A stretch of DNA of 64,000 nt from Callorhinchus milii (GCF_018977255.1 NW_024704743.1:83578001-83642000), one strand, 5' to 3'. Shown: positions 50,906 to 63,105, counted from the stretch's first letter. Program-made: numbers and translations. Notes: generated by a model from the letters alone, not told the origin.

Positions 50906-51392
50906 GATAAGTCGTATCAGTTGGGACCATAACATTTAATACCAGTTGCAGGCAAACTGTATAGATCGTATAAAATCCGATTTAATCAAAAATCTACACT
51001 GGACTGGGTTTTCAGCTATTCAATGCGTCTTGACCCATTGTTGCATACGCACTTACCGACAAGCATTGGAATTGCATTGACTTGCTGGAATTGACGTTCT
51101 TCTGTGCATGCGTCGAAAGATCAAGACTATGTTTCCTGTGATTCAAAGCAGTCAGTTGTAAGTGTGCGTGTGTTGGCGGGTCAGGATTTCATTTCCCATG
51201 ATTCAATGTAGCTGGTAAGTGTAGGAGTAATGGAGGATAGTGCAGCAGTGTTATGAGTTAGGAGGTGATTAATACAAGTAGTACAAAGAAATCTAAGTGG
51301 TTTTGATCGAAAACTGAATGGGACGCTGGTGCATGTATGCTGTACGACTTAGACGATTATACGATTTATAAAGATATGACTTATCACCTCTG
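50906..51392. mobile_element. Candidate non-autonomous DNA transposon (TIR-bounded)
   Basis: GATAAGTCGTATC (50906) vs GATATGACTTATC (51373) are 12/13 inverted; 50958-50973 vs 51357-51372 are 14/16 inverted. No clear TSD. Confidence 0.5.
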
Positions 51393-51428
51393 GGTCAGAC
51401 TTTAAAGATAAAGATAAGTCTTACTGTA

Positions 51429-51868
51429 TAATAATCCTTACATTTGATATAGTGGGTTATCACATCACTGAGTCATCTCAAAGAGCTTGACAGGATACAC
51501 TGTAATATGGTTGACTGCATTTTGTGGGCGAAACTCAGTAGTCAGTTTGCGTACAGCAATGTCCCACAAACAGCCATGAAGTGAGTGACCAATTTTTTAT
51601 TTGGTTGATTGTTGGCCAGGACACCAGGAGAAACTCCCTTCTCTTTTTGAATAGTGCCATGGGATCTTTGACATCCACCTGAACAGGTAAATGGGACCTC
51701 AGTTTAACGTCTCATCTGAAAGACAGTACATTTGACAATGAACCCCAACCCCCGGGCACTGCATTGGAGTGTCAACTTAGACTATGTGATTCCAAGTCCC
51801 GACATGGGGCTTGAACCCACAACCTTATGCCTCAGAGGCAAGAGTGCTACCACTGTGCCAGCCTGACC
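51429..51868 (-). mobile_element. Deu-type tRNA SINE, full length (best-preserved copy)
   Basis: tRNA head; TCTTTCAGATGAGACGTTAAACTGAGG...CAGGTGGATGTCAAAGATCCCATGGCACTATT Deu-like core; L2-type tail. Confidence 0.85.
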
Positions 51869-52175
51869 CAATCCAATTTAACCCGAGTTCCTGTCTGCCT
51901 CGACAGATGGATATTGTTTTTGGTTAGTCAGGTGTCTGACACATGCTGAAACCCTTCACCATGCTTAAGAGTATCTAAACCAAATAAACTTCCATGCATC
52001 CCACCAACCATTGGAAATTCCAGAGATATTTATTGGAATGAAATGCTCACTCTCTCCTTGGAGGGAAGCATCCTGGTTACCTAATTCTGAAAAGTATTAG
52101 GTGCAGGTTGACAAGTGTCAAGGTTTGGGGAACCCCAGGGTGTCTGTTAGGTACTGCTGGAATCTAACCAGCTAA

Positions 52176-52775
52176 AACAACAACAGCAACAAGATTGCAT
52201 TTATAAAGCGCCTTTCATGTCGGGAGGACGTCCCAAGGCGCTGGACAGTTGGGTCAGGACCCGAGCAGTGGGGAAATGGTCAGGGTGAGGGGAGGGAAGG
52301 GAGGGAGCGAGGAGGAGGAAGAGAGTCGAGAGGGGAGCTGAAGGCTCAGTCAAAGAGAAAGGTTTTGAGACCGGCCTTGAAGGAGGAAAGGGAGGAAGCG
52401 GCGAAGGCACTGGGGGATGGAGTTCCAGAGCCTGGGGCTGAGAGGCTGAAGGCCCGACCACCGATGGTAGGGCGGTTGGGGCGGGGGATGTGGAGCAGAC
52501 CGGAGCCAGAGGAACGGAGGGTACGGGCAGGTAGGTAGGGGGATAGTAGGTTGGAGAGGTAGGAGGGAGCGAGGCTGTGAATGGCCTTGTAGGTGAGGAT
52601 GAGGATCTTGAATTCGATCCTCTGGGGGATGGGGAGCCAGTGGAGGCGAGCGAGGGTGGGAGTGATGTGGTCCCGAAGCCTGGTGCGGGACAGTACACGA
52701 GCTGCAGAGTTCTGAATGACCTGCAGCTTGTGGAGGGAGGTGCCGGGAAGGCCGGCGAGGAGAGAGTCCATGAAA
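52176..52775 (-). mobile_element. L2 LINE 3' fragment (relatively young)
   Basis: SLLAGLP...LQVIQNSAARVL...ITPTLARLHWLPIPQRIEFKILILTYKA; intact tail. Confidence 0.92.
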
Positions 52776-53669
52776 GCTTGCCATTGATAGCACTATCTGG
52801 CAAGCTCTCCCACTGCTTGTACAGCGAGGAACACCCTATCCATTAGGGCTTTGGCTTGCAGGGTTGTTGGAATGGGAGAAATCCCTAACCCCAGCGGCTG
52901 GTCTGCCCTTCCAAGTGCTGCCGGTGAGCCGGGCTGGCTATGCTGTCATCAGCAGTGCCCTGGAGTGCTGTGGCCCCTCCTGGCTCAGCACCTCACTGCT
53001 TGATCGTGGACTTTGCAATTGGATTGGAGGAAGCCCTTCCTTTGTATCCCTGGGAACTCGGATCAAAAAGGAGGACAGTTTGCAGGCAGGTCTTGTATGC
53101 CGCAAACTTCACCTGAATTGGGACCTTGCTGTCCTTGAAGAGAGATGAGCACGACCAAAGTGCCCTTCGTCCCTTCTCTGTGGTCTTGCAGAACAGTGTT
53201 TAGGCAAAGTTGATGGTCCACCATGACCCTGAAATACCGATAACACAGGCAAACAGCAAGGCAGTACAAAAACTGAGCAAGCCACTTACAAACCATCCAG
53301 GTGGCAACGCTAGGTGTGTATTTGTTGTGTTTATACTATTTGTACTGGTGGATAAGGTGTTCTTTCTTTGCAATCTGTTTTGGGCTGTATGATTTGCACA
53401 CAATATATACTTGTTCCATGGCAACAAAATAACAACAAAATGTGAGTTACATGGCTGACAATCTACTCTGTGACATCACGTTTGACCTACATATCTTCAA
53501 TTTTCTCTATAATTATGGCAAAACTCCTGCTGCCTTTGATTAAGTACAATCATTCAATATATTTACTTTAACATAAAATTATGGCATCTTCAAAAGCTTC
53601 ACTGATTCATTTAAATGTTTTCTAAATACAGTAAATGTGCAATTCAGTACGAGAAATCTGTGGACTAAT

Positions 53670-53683
53670 CTGCCACCTAGTGT
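53670..53683 (-). promoter_or_regulatory. CTCF-like motif ACACTAGGTGGCAG
   Basis: One mismatch to CCASYAGRKGGCRS. Confidence 0.4.
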
Positions 53684-54050
53684 GGATGCCGTGTCAGACA
53701 AAATATTCAGAAGTGATAACTTCATTCAACAAGGAGTGAGGGAGGAAATGAAAAATTATCAGGTTTTGAAACAGGACTTGGATAACGCAGCAAGATAGAT
53801 TATCTGATATCCTTTCTTTTTGTCTACATTTGTATGTTCTTGTGTAAAGAACTACTTTTTCTGTATATGCAAATACTCAACGTTCAAAATATTTGTAGTG
53901 GAAATATATTTAGATAGACTGAGCCGCTGTCTGCTGAAGAACCGAGTTCTGATCACCAAATAATGTAGTAGTATTAGGAATAATAATCCTTACATTTGAT
54001 ATAATGCCTTTTACGTTGGGAGGATGTCTCAAAGTGTTTTTCAGGATATA

Positions 54051-54547
54051 CAGTTAAACTTGTTGAAGCTACCACCTGCTGAGTAGAGGTGGTTGCTTCA
54101 ACAGGCTGTCAACAACCACCCTGGAACAGGCAAGACCAGTTTTTCCATAATAAACTGCCTCTATTCAGCAACCTCTGTCTAATGCAACCAGTGGCGATTT
54201 TATTTTTATCCTGGCGGTGTACAGCCACTCTTTTAAGTTCTAAGTGAATTTAAATATGCTTACCAGTAATGCACTACCAATTTTTGGACTCCCACATGTA
54301 GGCTCCCGCTAAACTCCTCGTGTATTTATCAACACTGCGCTGAGCAGTCTGCATGATGCCCAGTGTTGAGGCAGTGTTCGTAAATTAACCAGGAGTCTAG
54401 TGGGAGTCTGCATGTGGGCCCGCGGAACTTCTTTCAAAAAATATTGGGCCTGGTTAACAAACCCAATGAACACTTACTCAGCCCATTCTTGCATAAAGGA
54501 CACTTTGGTCCAGCCCACTGAATGGTTGTTGAAAACAGGCTTAACTG
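54051..54547. mobile_element. Tigger-like MITE, 497 bp, inserted in a minus-strand SINE; related partial copy at ~57032-57190
   Basis: TIRs CAGTTAAACTTGTT / rc CAGTTAAGCCTGTT; TA at 54049-50 and 54548-49; the host SINE rejoins as GGATATA|CTGTAAA. Confidence 0.75.
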
Positions 54548-56375
54548 TACTGTAAAATGGAATGTATTTGTAGGTAACATGACAGCCAATTTGCAGAACA
54601 ATTTCCCACAGATAGCTAAGAAGTGAAAGACCTATTTTTATTTGTAAACATTTATTGAGGTGAAAGGTTTGGTCCATGATAATATCACCGTTGATAATGT
54701 CATGGGACATTCTGCTCCTGACAATGTCCTAGTGGATCACTGAGGAATCCTCCAACCCAGACTTGGTTAAGGGGGGAGGATTCCCAAAACTCCTTGAGAT
54801 AGTCATTGAGCTGTCTGTCAACACCTTTGAACAAGCCCCCACACAGATTCTAGTATTTATAATACTAATAATGTTTGCATTTGATATAGTACATCACGGG
54901 GTTTACTATAAAGTGTAGTAACTGTATTTTGTAGGTGAATATGGCAGCCAATTTGTGCACATCAGTGTCCCAACAATTGAGTGAATTTTATCTGGGGGAT
55001 TGTTGGCCACAACACAGAGCCAGTGCCAGTTCTGCCATTGTGAGCACCGTCTCTAGCAAAGTTCCAGCTGTGGGTCCAACAAGGATCACCCTACCTATTA
55101 ATGCTTTGACTCTGCTGGATTAACAGGAGCTAAGTGGGAAGAATCCCTATTTCCAGTGACCATACTGTCTCTCCAAGTTCTGTCCATGGGACAGACTGAT
55201 TGAGCAACGCCTTTAGCTACACTGGATCTATCTGGCCAGGAACTGAACTACCAAGATCAGAACAGAGGCTTGACTGAATTCTGATACTCCATTTACAGTC
55301 ACCTTGGAGCTATCTTAGCTCCATGGAGCTTTTAGTCATCTTAGCTCAGTTCTCTGGAACTCCCATCTGCTTTGCCACCTTGTGGCCCTGTCCCTCCTCT
55401 TCATCGCTTCACTTCCCACCTTTAAAGACCTTTTTGAATATGCTTTTGGTCACCTCCCAACCCCTAGTCCTTCATCAGCTCCCACCCTCCACCTCAGGCT
55501 CCCAGATAGCAATGTGAAGCACTTTGAATTGTCCTCCCACGTATAAATGTAAAATAATCGCTGGGCTTTCTCCATAGCATTCATCAGTCAAGTTAATGCC
55601 TTGAAAATCTCAGTCCACCTGCAACGTTTTTGTCACAAGCCAGCCAGAATATAAACATTTATTAGTCAGTGAGCTGAACAGCATTTACCTTGTGAAATGA
55701 CTGTTCTGTTAATGATTTATTTTCCCTGCTTCACGCTGCTGTGTAAAAAAAAGTGGCTCTCTAATAAGCTGCACGCTGACAGACATGTTTCTGATTTCAT
55801 CGTATTGCTGCAATGTGAATTATATAAACGCACGTTGTTGCTGCCATATCATTTGAAACCATGTCTGCTATAATTGCATGGTATTTCAACTTGCTTTCAA
55901 CATGTGAACTCTCCTATAAAAGGAGTTCAGAACTCTCTCTAGTACTGGGAGAGGGGAAATCTCTCCTGTACAAGTATTGTGGTTTTGTATGATGGACAGC
56001 TTTTCACAGTGGATGGCTATATCATGGCACTCAGTGAATGCAATATTCGATTGAAGTATCTCCTATCGATTCTCCTGTTACAAATCAAGTGCTTGTTAAT
56101 GCTTCATTGGGTTTCAAGACCTGTTCCAGTGACTGATGCAATGAAGTAGAATTGAAGCAATTCTAATTATCAGCCATAGTATCAGCTAGCTCAATAGATT
56201 GGTTGACTTGAGACCAAAAGCCTTTGGGTTCAAGTCTTGTTATGCTCACTCATTCCTTTCAAAGCCACAAAGGAATAAAGCATTGACCTGCAAAGGGTGT
56301 GTTGTTACCTGGTTGACAATTATTTATACCAATGTAACTTAAAGAATGCTGCAAACTTTATCCTGTTGGTTGTGT

Positions 56376-57030
56376 GTGTCAGCCTACCTCAGTTGATTGC
56401 CATTGCTTCTGAGTCAGAAGGTTGTGGGTTCAAGCCCTGTCAGGATTCGGACCTCATACAGTCTAAGCTGACATTCCAACGTAGTGCTGTGATTTCGCTG
56501 TATTGTTGGAAGTGCACTCTTTCGGATGAGATGTTAAACCAAGGCTTCTTCTGCCTCTGCAGGTGGATTTTAAAGATAGCACAGCACTATTGGAAAAGAG
56601 AAAGGAGTTTTTCCCGGTGTCTTGGCCAACAATCCCCAAATAAAATTAATTGTAAAATAATAATCCCTCCAAAAAACAAAAACAATAATAAATTGGTCAT
56701 TTTCAATCCATGACTGTTTGTGGGACATTGCTGTGCGCAATTGGCTGCCGCGTTCGCCCACAAATATACAGTCAATTCACTTTACAGTATATTCTGTGAA
56801 GTGCTTTGGGACGTCCTCTCGACATGAAAAGCGCTTTATCAAATGCAAAGATTATTATTATTATTGTTCACTTCATGAATGACCGATTTGTGGGACTGTG
56901 CCGTGAACAAATCAGCTGCTGAGTTGAGCCATAAAACACTCAGTCACCGCACATACAATATATCCTGTGAAGTGCTTTGGGTTGTCCCCCTGATGCAAAA
57001 GGCACTATCCCCAAGATAAGGATTATTATT
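56376..57030 (+). mobile_element. Deu-type SINE with a nested 5'-truncated short-form SINE (~56657-56865)
   Basis: One head, but two successive 3' bodies and tails. Confidence 0.75.
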
Positions 57031-57296
57031 ACAGTCAAACCTGTCTTCAACATACAGTGGACTGGGCCAAAGTGGCCTTTATATGACTGACCTCCAAGTA
57101 AGGGTTCGTTCGTGTGCAAACCAGGCTATCTGGGCTGATCCTGGGTGGTTAACAGGTAGTGGCTGCTGAATGGAGGTGTGGCTTGAAAATGTTTAATAAC
57201 ATTTATTTACGTTAAATAAAATCCCTATTTGTGACAAAGATACACCACTGTATCGGTGCTGCTCGGTGAACCTGAGCCATTTGTTTTTTTTTGCAG

Positions 57297-57454
57297 AAAG
57301 CTTGCTGGAGCTAAACGCAGACAATCCAAATGGATTTCTTGAGCTACAGGATTCACAGTACCGAGGTACTCATAAATGCAATGTTTGTTTCCAAACGTTT
57401 CCAAAGTACAACCAGTTGCAGCGTCATCTGCGGGAGCATGATGAGAATGATAAG
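57297..57454 (+). CDS. ZNF236: ZNF236 exon 2 (first C2H2 finger)
   Basis: Poly-T tract + TGCAG acceptor, AAG|GTGAGT donor, 158 nt. Translates (E)SLLELNADNPNGFLELQDSQYRGTHKCNVCFQTFPKYNQLQRHLREHDENDK. Confidence 0.93.
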
Positions 57455-58269
57455 GTGAGTGAGCTCCAAAATAAGAGGTCATTGTGGTAGAATGTTATAT
57501 TTTTATTTCAAGAATATCGAAAGCAAATGTATAATTTAACCCCAACCTCAGTCTTATGTTTCAAATGATCAAAGATAACATTTAAAAAGTCTGACACATG
57601 CAGAATTATCACCATGCTTAAGTTTCCAAACCTAACTGAGAGCTCCATGAATTGCACCTATACATGGAAATTCCCAAAATATTTATTGGAAAAAAATACA
57701 CACTCTCTCACTGGAGGAACACATACTACTGATCTAATTCTGGAAAGCATTAAGCGCAGGTTGGCTTGGGGACCCCGGAGTGTGTGTTTGGGTATGACTG
57801 GAGTCTAATCGGCAAACACTGCATAGCATGCCGTTGAACGCACTGGCAAGCTTTGTTGCTGCTTGTCCAACTAGGATCACACTACCCATAGCTTGTAGCA
57901 TTAACAGGAGTTGAGCGTGAAGAGACCCTGCTTCTAGTGACTGGTCTGACTTTCCAAGACCTGCCGATAAGGCAGCACGCTGTCATCAACAGTGCCCTGG
58001 AATACTGCGGACCTGCCAGGCTCAGGAACTGGACGACTGAAACCGCCACAAAAGATTGGTTCGATTCTGACACTCTATTACCAAACTTTGAAACCAGTTC
58101 AGCTCCAAGGGGGTTCATCACTCCGTCCCCCCCGACCTCCAGGAGGACAGTATGGGAATGTACATTGCCTCACCAGCTCAAATGTTCTGCAATTTTCACT
58201 GACTGTTATGCTGTGCAGTGGATTTCATTGTTCCATTAAATTGGCACATTAAATTGTAATGAAGAGCTT

Positions 58270-58591
58270 GTGGAGTCCTGTAGCTCAGTGGTTAGAGCAC
58301 TCGCTTTGCAAGTGAGACACCTGAGTTCAATTCCAGGCAGAGGGCGAAACCTTGGGCAAGTTTCCTTACTCCACACACCTAATAATAATCCCTCCAAAAC
58401 CAAAAACAATAATAAATTGGTCATTTTCAATCTACCACTGTTTGTGGGACATTGCTGTGCGCAATCGGCTGCCGAGTTCGCCCACAAATATACAGTCAAT
58501 TCACTTTCCAGTATATTCTGTGAAGCGCTTTAAGACGTTGAGAAGACCTGAAAAGCGCTATATCAAATGCAAGGATTATTATTATATTATT
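58270..58591 (+). mobile_element. tRNA-Ala-headed SINE, short form
   Basis: Close match to 9001-9336. Confidence 0.9.
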
Positions 58592-58756
58592 CACATAGTC
58601 TCCTTGGAAATGTCCTAGGAGATCGGTGAAATAAATCCAGGGCAGCCTGGCCACTGATTTACCTTTCCTCTTCTCTCTCCTGCCTGAATTAAGTGATGGT
58701 TGACCCTTAGTGGCGAAAGCGTAGCAAGAACAGTACTCATGCATTATGTTAATAGA

Positions 58757-58770
58757 CCAACAGGTGGCAC
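58757..58770 (+). promoter_or_regulatory. CTCF-like motif CCAACAGGTGGCAC
   Basis: One mismatch to CCASYAGRKGGCRS. Confidence 0.4.
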
Positions 58771-59376
58771 TGCTGTACCATAGCTAAAGTTTAAATGGCA
58801 CTGCCACGAGTGTTTCTTGTCTTACAAGTATTATTATTTTTTAGAAAATAAGATGATTCATTTACAGGTCATCATGCATTGTTTTGATTGAGTTATGAAT
58901 TTAGGTTCTATCTGAATCTTGTGTTTCAGGTTAGGGTTAAGGGTTCTCTCTGCTGTTATATCAATAAAATGTGCTTTTCTCCTTTGTGTATAGCACCATA
59001 TTACTTTGTACAGAATTGCAAATAACGATATTAATAAAATAATATGATGTGATAAGGCGCCATATCAAATGCAAGGATTATTATTATGTTCCTAAAATAA
59101 GAATACTATGGCCGTTAGAATAATTAAAGCATTAATTAGAAAGAACGTTTATACTCAACCCGACTTTGTTAACTGCAATTTAAATATTTGAACTGATGTA
59201 AGTGTCGGCAACGCAACATTGCTTGAGGTTGTAGATCTATTGTTAAAAATGGCAACATTGCTGCTGAAGGATTAGTTTATGTTAATAATTTAATAATCCT
59301 TGCATTTGATTTTTATTTGCAATGAATGTTTGCATATGCATATTTCAACTTTCCTTTTTAATCTCTCTATGAACAG

Positions 59377-59541
59377 CCTTACCGGTGTGATCAGTGTCCA
59401 ACTTCCTTTAATATGGAATTTAATCTGATACTACATAAGGCTACTCATGATGGCGATGACCCCACTTGTCCTGTGTGTAGCAAAAAGTTCTCCCGAGTGG
59501 CCAGTCTTAAAGCTCATATTATGCTACATGAGAAAGAGGAG
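59377..59541 (+). CDS. ZNF236: ZNF236 exon 3 (fingers 2-3)
   Basis: AACAG acceptor, GAG|GTGAGT donor, 165 nt, phase 0/0. [55 protein letters not shown]; the [27 protein letters not shown] stretch is characteristic of ZNF236. Confidence 0.96.
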
Positions 59542-60431
59542 GTGAGTGTCTTCTCTGCATTGATTGTGTACTGCCTTGCACCTAAAATATTTTATGTGCC
59601 AAAGAATTTCTTAAATAGTTGAAAGTACCACTGCATAAAACAAATATGATAAAGTGCTGCTGTAATCCAGATAAAGCCTCATTTGGGTTTCTTATCGAGT
59701 CTCTGACTCTGAATTATTTCCACGGAGTGATCAAACGGCACGAGTCCACAGGCCAAGTACGCTGCTACCTGGGCAAGACTGAGCAGCAAGGCATTCAAAG
59801 ATGAAGATTGGTCTATGAGAAAGCTGAGCAATGCGATGGCTCAAGTCGTGCCTGTGGATTCTATGTTTGTCACTTTTTTTTGTTCCTATACTTTCAAAGC
59901 ACAATCTGCAAACATCTGTTGGAGTAAATCGAGCCACCCTTGTTCAGATGTATGCATGTCCTATGCACTCTTCTGTCCATCTGCCTGTTCTATAGGTGTT
60001 TAAAATAACCAGCCTTTACATCTTTTTCTATTTATATATTTTTTATATATGTTTCATCCATATATATGCAGTCAATTCACTTTACAGTATATTCTGTGAC
60101 GTCCAGAAGAGTGCTGTATCAAATGCAAAGATTATTATTATTATCTGGCAAACCAAATTGATTTGAATTTCTTAATTTAGAAACTTTGTTAAGAAATATT
60201 GCAAAATGAACACTGTTGTAGTGTAGTAACTATTTTTCACACAGCAGGGCTCACAAATAGACATGAATTAAATAACCAATTTGCATAGAGGATTCTTGGC
60301 CAGGACACCAGGAGAAACCTTTTCTTTTCGAATACTAATCCACTATTGCTAAGGAGCATTCAGAGATCTTTTTCTTCTGCAAAAAGTGATACTGATTCCA
60401 AAGGACTTTTCTTTAATTTTCCCCTCTGCAG

Positions 60432-60610
60432 AACCTGATCTGTACAGAATGTGGAGATGAATTTACTCTGCAGAGTCAACTTAGTAGACACCTGGAGGAA
60501 CACCGACAGGAATTAAATGGAAATCGGGTGCATGTCTGCAAGATCTGCACAAAGGAGTATGAGAGACCATCTTTGCTGCGAGAACATATGAAGTCTCACT
60601 ACAGAGTCAG
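60432..60610 (+). CDS. ZNF236: ZNF236 exon 4 (fingers 4-5)
   Basis: Pyrimidine tract + TGCAG, CAG|GTGTGT donor, 179 nt. [59 protein letters not shown]+AG. Not listed in the ORF track. Confidence 0.95.
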
Positions 60611-62977
60611 GTGTGTGAAATTTGAGTCGCAAGTATTGTTGTTAATAATAATTAATGTTTGCATTTGGTATAGTGCCTTTCACATCGGGAGGATGTCCTA
60701 AAGTGCTTCACAGGATTTACTGTGAAATGAATAATTGTATATGTCTGTGCGAATGAAACGTTGCATATTAAACTGAGTTAAAAGGATAGGCTTCTGAATA
60801 CACTATTTTACCATTGATCAGATTTGTACTAGATCTCTAATTTACGATGACAGTATAAATGGTTCCAATTGTGTTGTCGTTACGTAATCTTATTATTGGA
60901 ATTCTGATCAGTTTAATCAGTCATGAATATTGTTCAAGCTGTACCTTTGTGGCCTTTCAATATGTTAAAGTAGCTTGGAGGTAGGTTAAAGTAGCCTAAG
61001 ACAGTGTGGGTAAAATGCACAATATTCTTTAAAGCTTTCCTTAAGATTTAAGATGCCTCTCCAGGTAAGCGATTTGATCCTCTCGGGGTCTTTGCTCTAT
61101 CATTTTATGTTATCCTGAAGTAAGCATTTTTATTTTGAAAATTGTAGGCCCTATATTAAGCTTTAGGATTTTTTTTGTTTACCATTGCTCTCCCAGGTTG
61201 ATGTGCCTGGAGGGCTGATATCCACGCTGTCCTAAGCGCTAAAATAATTTTTTAGTGATTTGCTTGAATGTTTCCTTCCATGTCTGAATGTAACTGCTAT
61301 GTAATATAACTGGAGGATTTTATATTGGAATCAGTACTATTTGTAGCTATACTGACTCAAGACTTTCCACGAGCTGAACAGCCAATGCAGTAAAATCTTC
61401 AGGTCCAGCCATAGTTCCGTAGGTGTTCTGGGGTGGGGGTGTGGGGAGGCTTCACTCCCAAATTTATCGACCATTAAAGATATGTTAGAATCACATTTTT
61501 CTGCAAATGTGATCAATGATGATAATTATATCATCAAATTCCATAACTTTCACCTGATTATTTTTTTATCTACAATTGTTTCTTTTATTAATCGCTTAAC
61601 TCACTTGTTGTTCCCTTGTAACTTAATCTTTTTCACTTTTGAAATTTGTTTTCTATATTTTTCAAACTTCTTTTTAACAGAAACATAGAGGTTGCAATAT
61701 TCTTAAACACATTCCTTATCTTAATTATTAATGATAAAGGAATGGTAGAGAAATTGCAGTTAAAATTAAGCCCATAAAAATGGACCTGAACAATAGATTT
61801 GGGACTGAAACAAGACAGTGAAGGTTGATGCTGTTAGTGCTTATTTATTTGTTTTAATGTTCAGTTTTCTAATTTCTCTTCTGCATGGTGCAGTTGCCAC
61901 TAAGCTATATTTTTGTTGGCAGAGAGAGAACAGGTTGCCCTGTTTTATAGATGAGGCATCAAACCCATCAGACACCTCAAGGTGCCCAGCGAGAAACTCC
62001 TGAATTTTCTTCACTCAGTAGCAGTTCATTTCGGTTCAGTTTAATTGGTAATTAAATTATTAACATGTCAATTTGTCTTGACTTCTTCCTTCATTCGGGA
62101 AGACATGGCCTTGAGTTTATTTTAGGGAGGCTGTTGTGTTAGCACCGTTAGGCATTCAGAGAGAAATCAAACCTACCGGTGCATCATACATTTTACTAAT
62201 CTTGATTTCTGCATTTCCTTCCTATGTCTGCACAAGTAAGATGACCAATGGACAAAGAAGGGATAGAACCATTGTTTTCAGCTGAAATTTATTTTCAATA
62301 TACGGAGATTTTAAATTTTCTCCCAGCTTTTAGTGTACTGAAAATATCTGAGATTGCCTGTGTGAACCAAAATGTAGTGGCAGAATCCCCAATACAGGTC
62401 CAAAAATCCAATACATTTACCTCTAGCTCTTTGAACAACAACTGCAAAGTAGTTCAAGAGCTGGAAGTGTCCAGATGAAAGGTAACCCATAACTTATTCA
62501 GGTAAACATTTAATTCCCAACCTTTGTGTTACACCAACTCCACATTTCAGTTTTCAGTCAGTCTCTATAAGGAGCATTGTATAGAAGCAAGGCTCTTCAT
62601 TAGCTGGAACTGTGCCTCCTGCTAGCTGATTGTGGATCAGCATTGATATATTACAAAGAAGTTTTCAGAGTAGAACTCCCACTGTCTGATCTTATTAATC
62701 TGAAGAGGAAACTCAATGCTGGCTAAAGAGAAACGAGAAAGAAAGCTTTGATCTTCAAGTGCTGCTGATATTTCTAATATGTTTGAAATATTGTAGAAAT
62801 AAATGGTAGCAATTAAATAACACGAGAAGTAGCTGTACAAGGAAATTACTGTATAACACAGGTGAATGCTGGACACAGTGAATAGCTGTACATAACTGCT
62901 TCTTTGATCACCTTTCTATAAAATGTTGCAGAGTTCTAGTCCGATACTAATCAATGTTTGCACCTGTTGATTGGCAG

Positions 62978-63105
62978 GTCGTCCCTGTGCACCAAACAGT
63001 ACAAACGGCACGTTGATAGGTCAGGGTTCTCGCAGCGATGTGAACACTGTGGAAAAACATTTCAGAAGCCTAGTCAGTTAGTTCGACATATCAGAATACA
63101 CACAG
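62978..63105 (+). CDS. ZNF236: ZNF236 exon 5 (finger 6); gene continues beyond window
   Basis: GGCAG acceptor, CAG|GTGAG donor, 128 nt. (R)[42 protein letters not shown]+G; phase matches exon 4. Confidence 0.95.
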
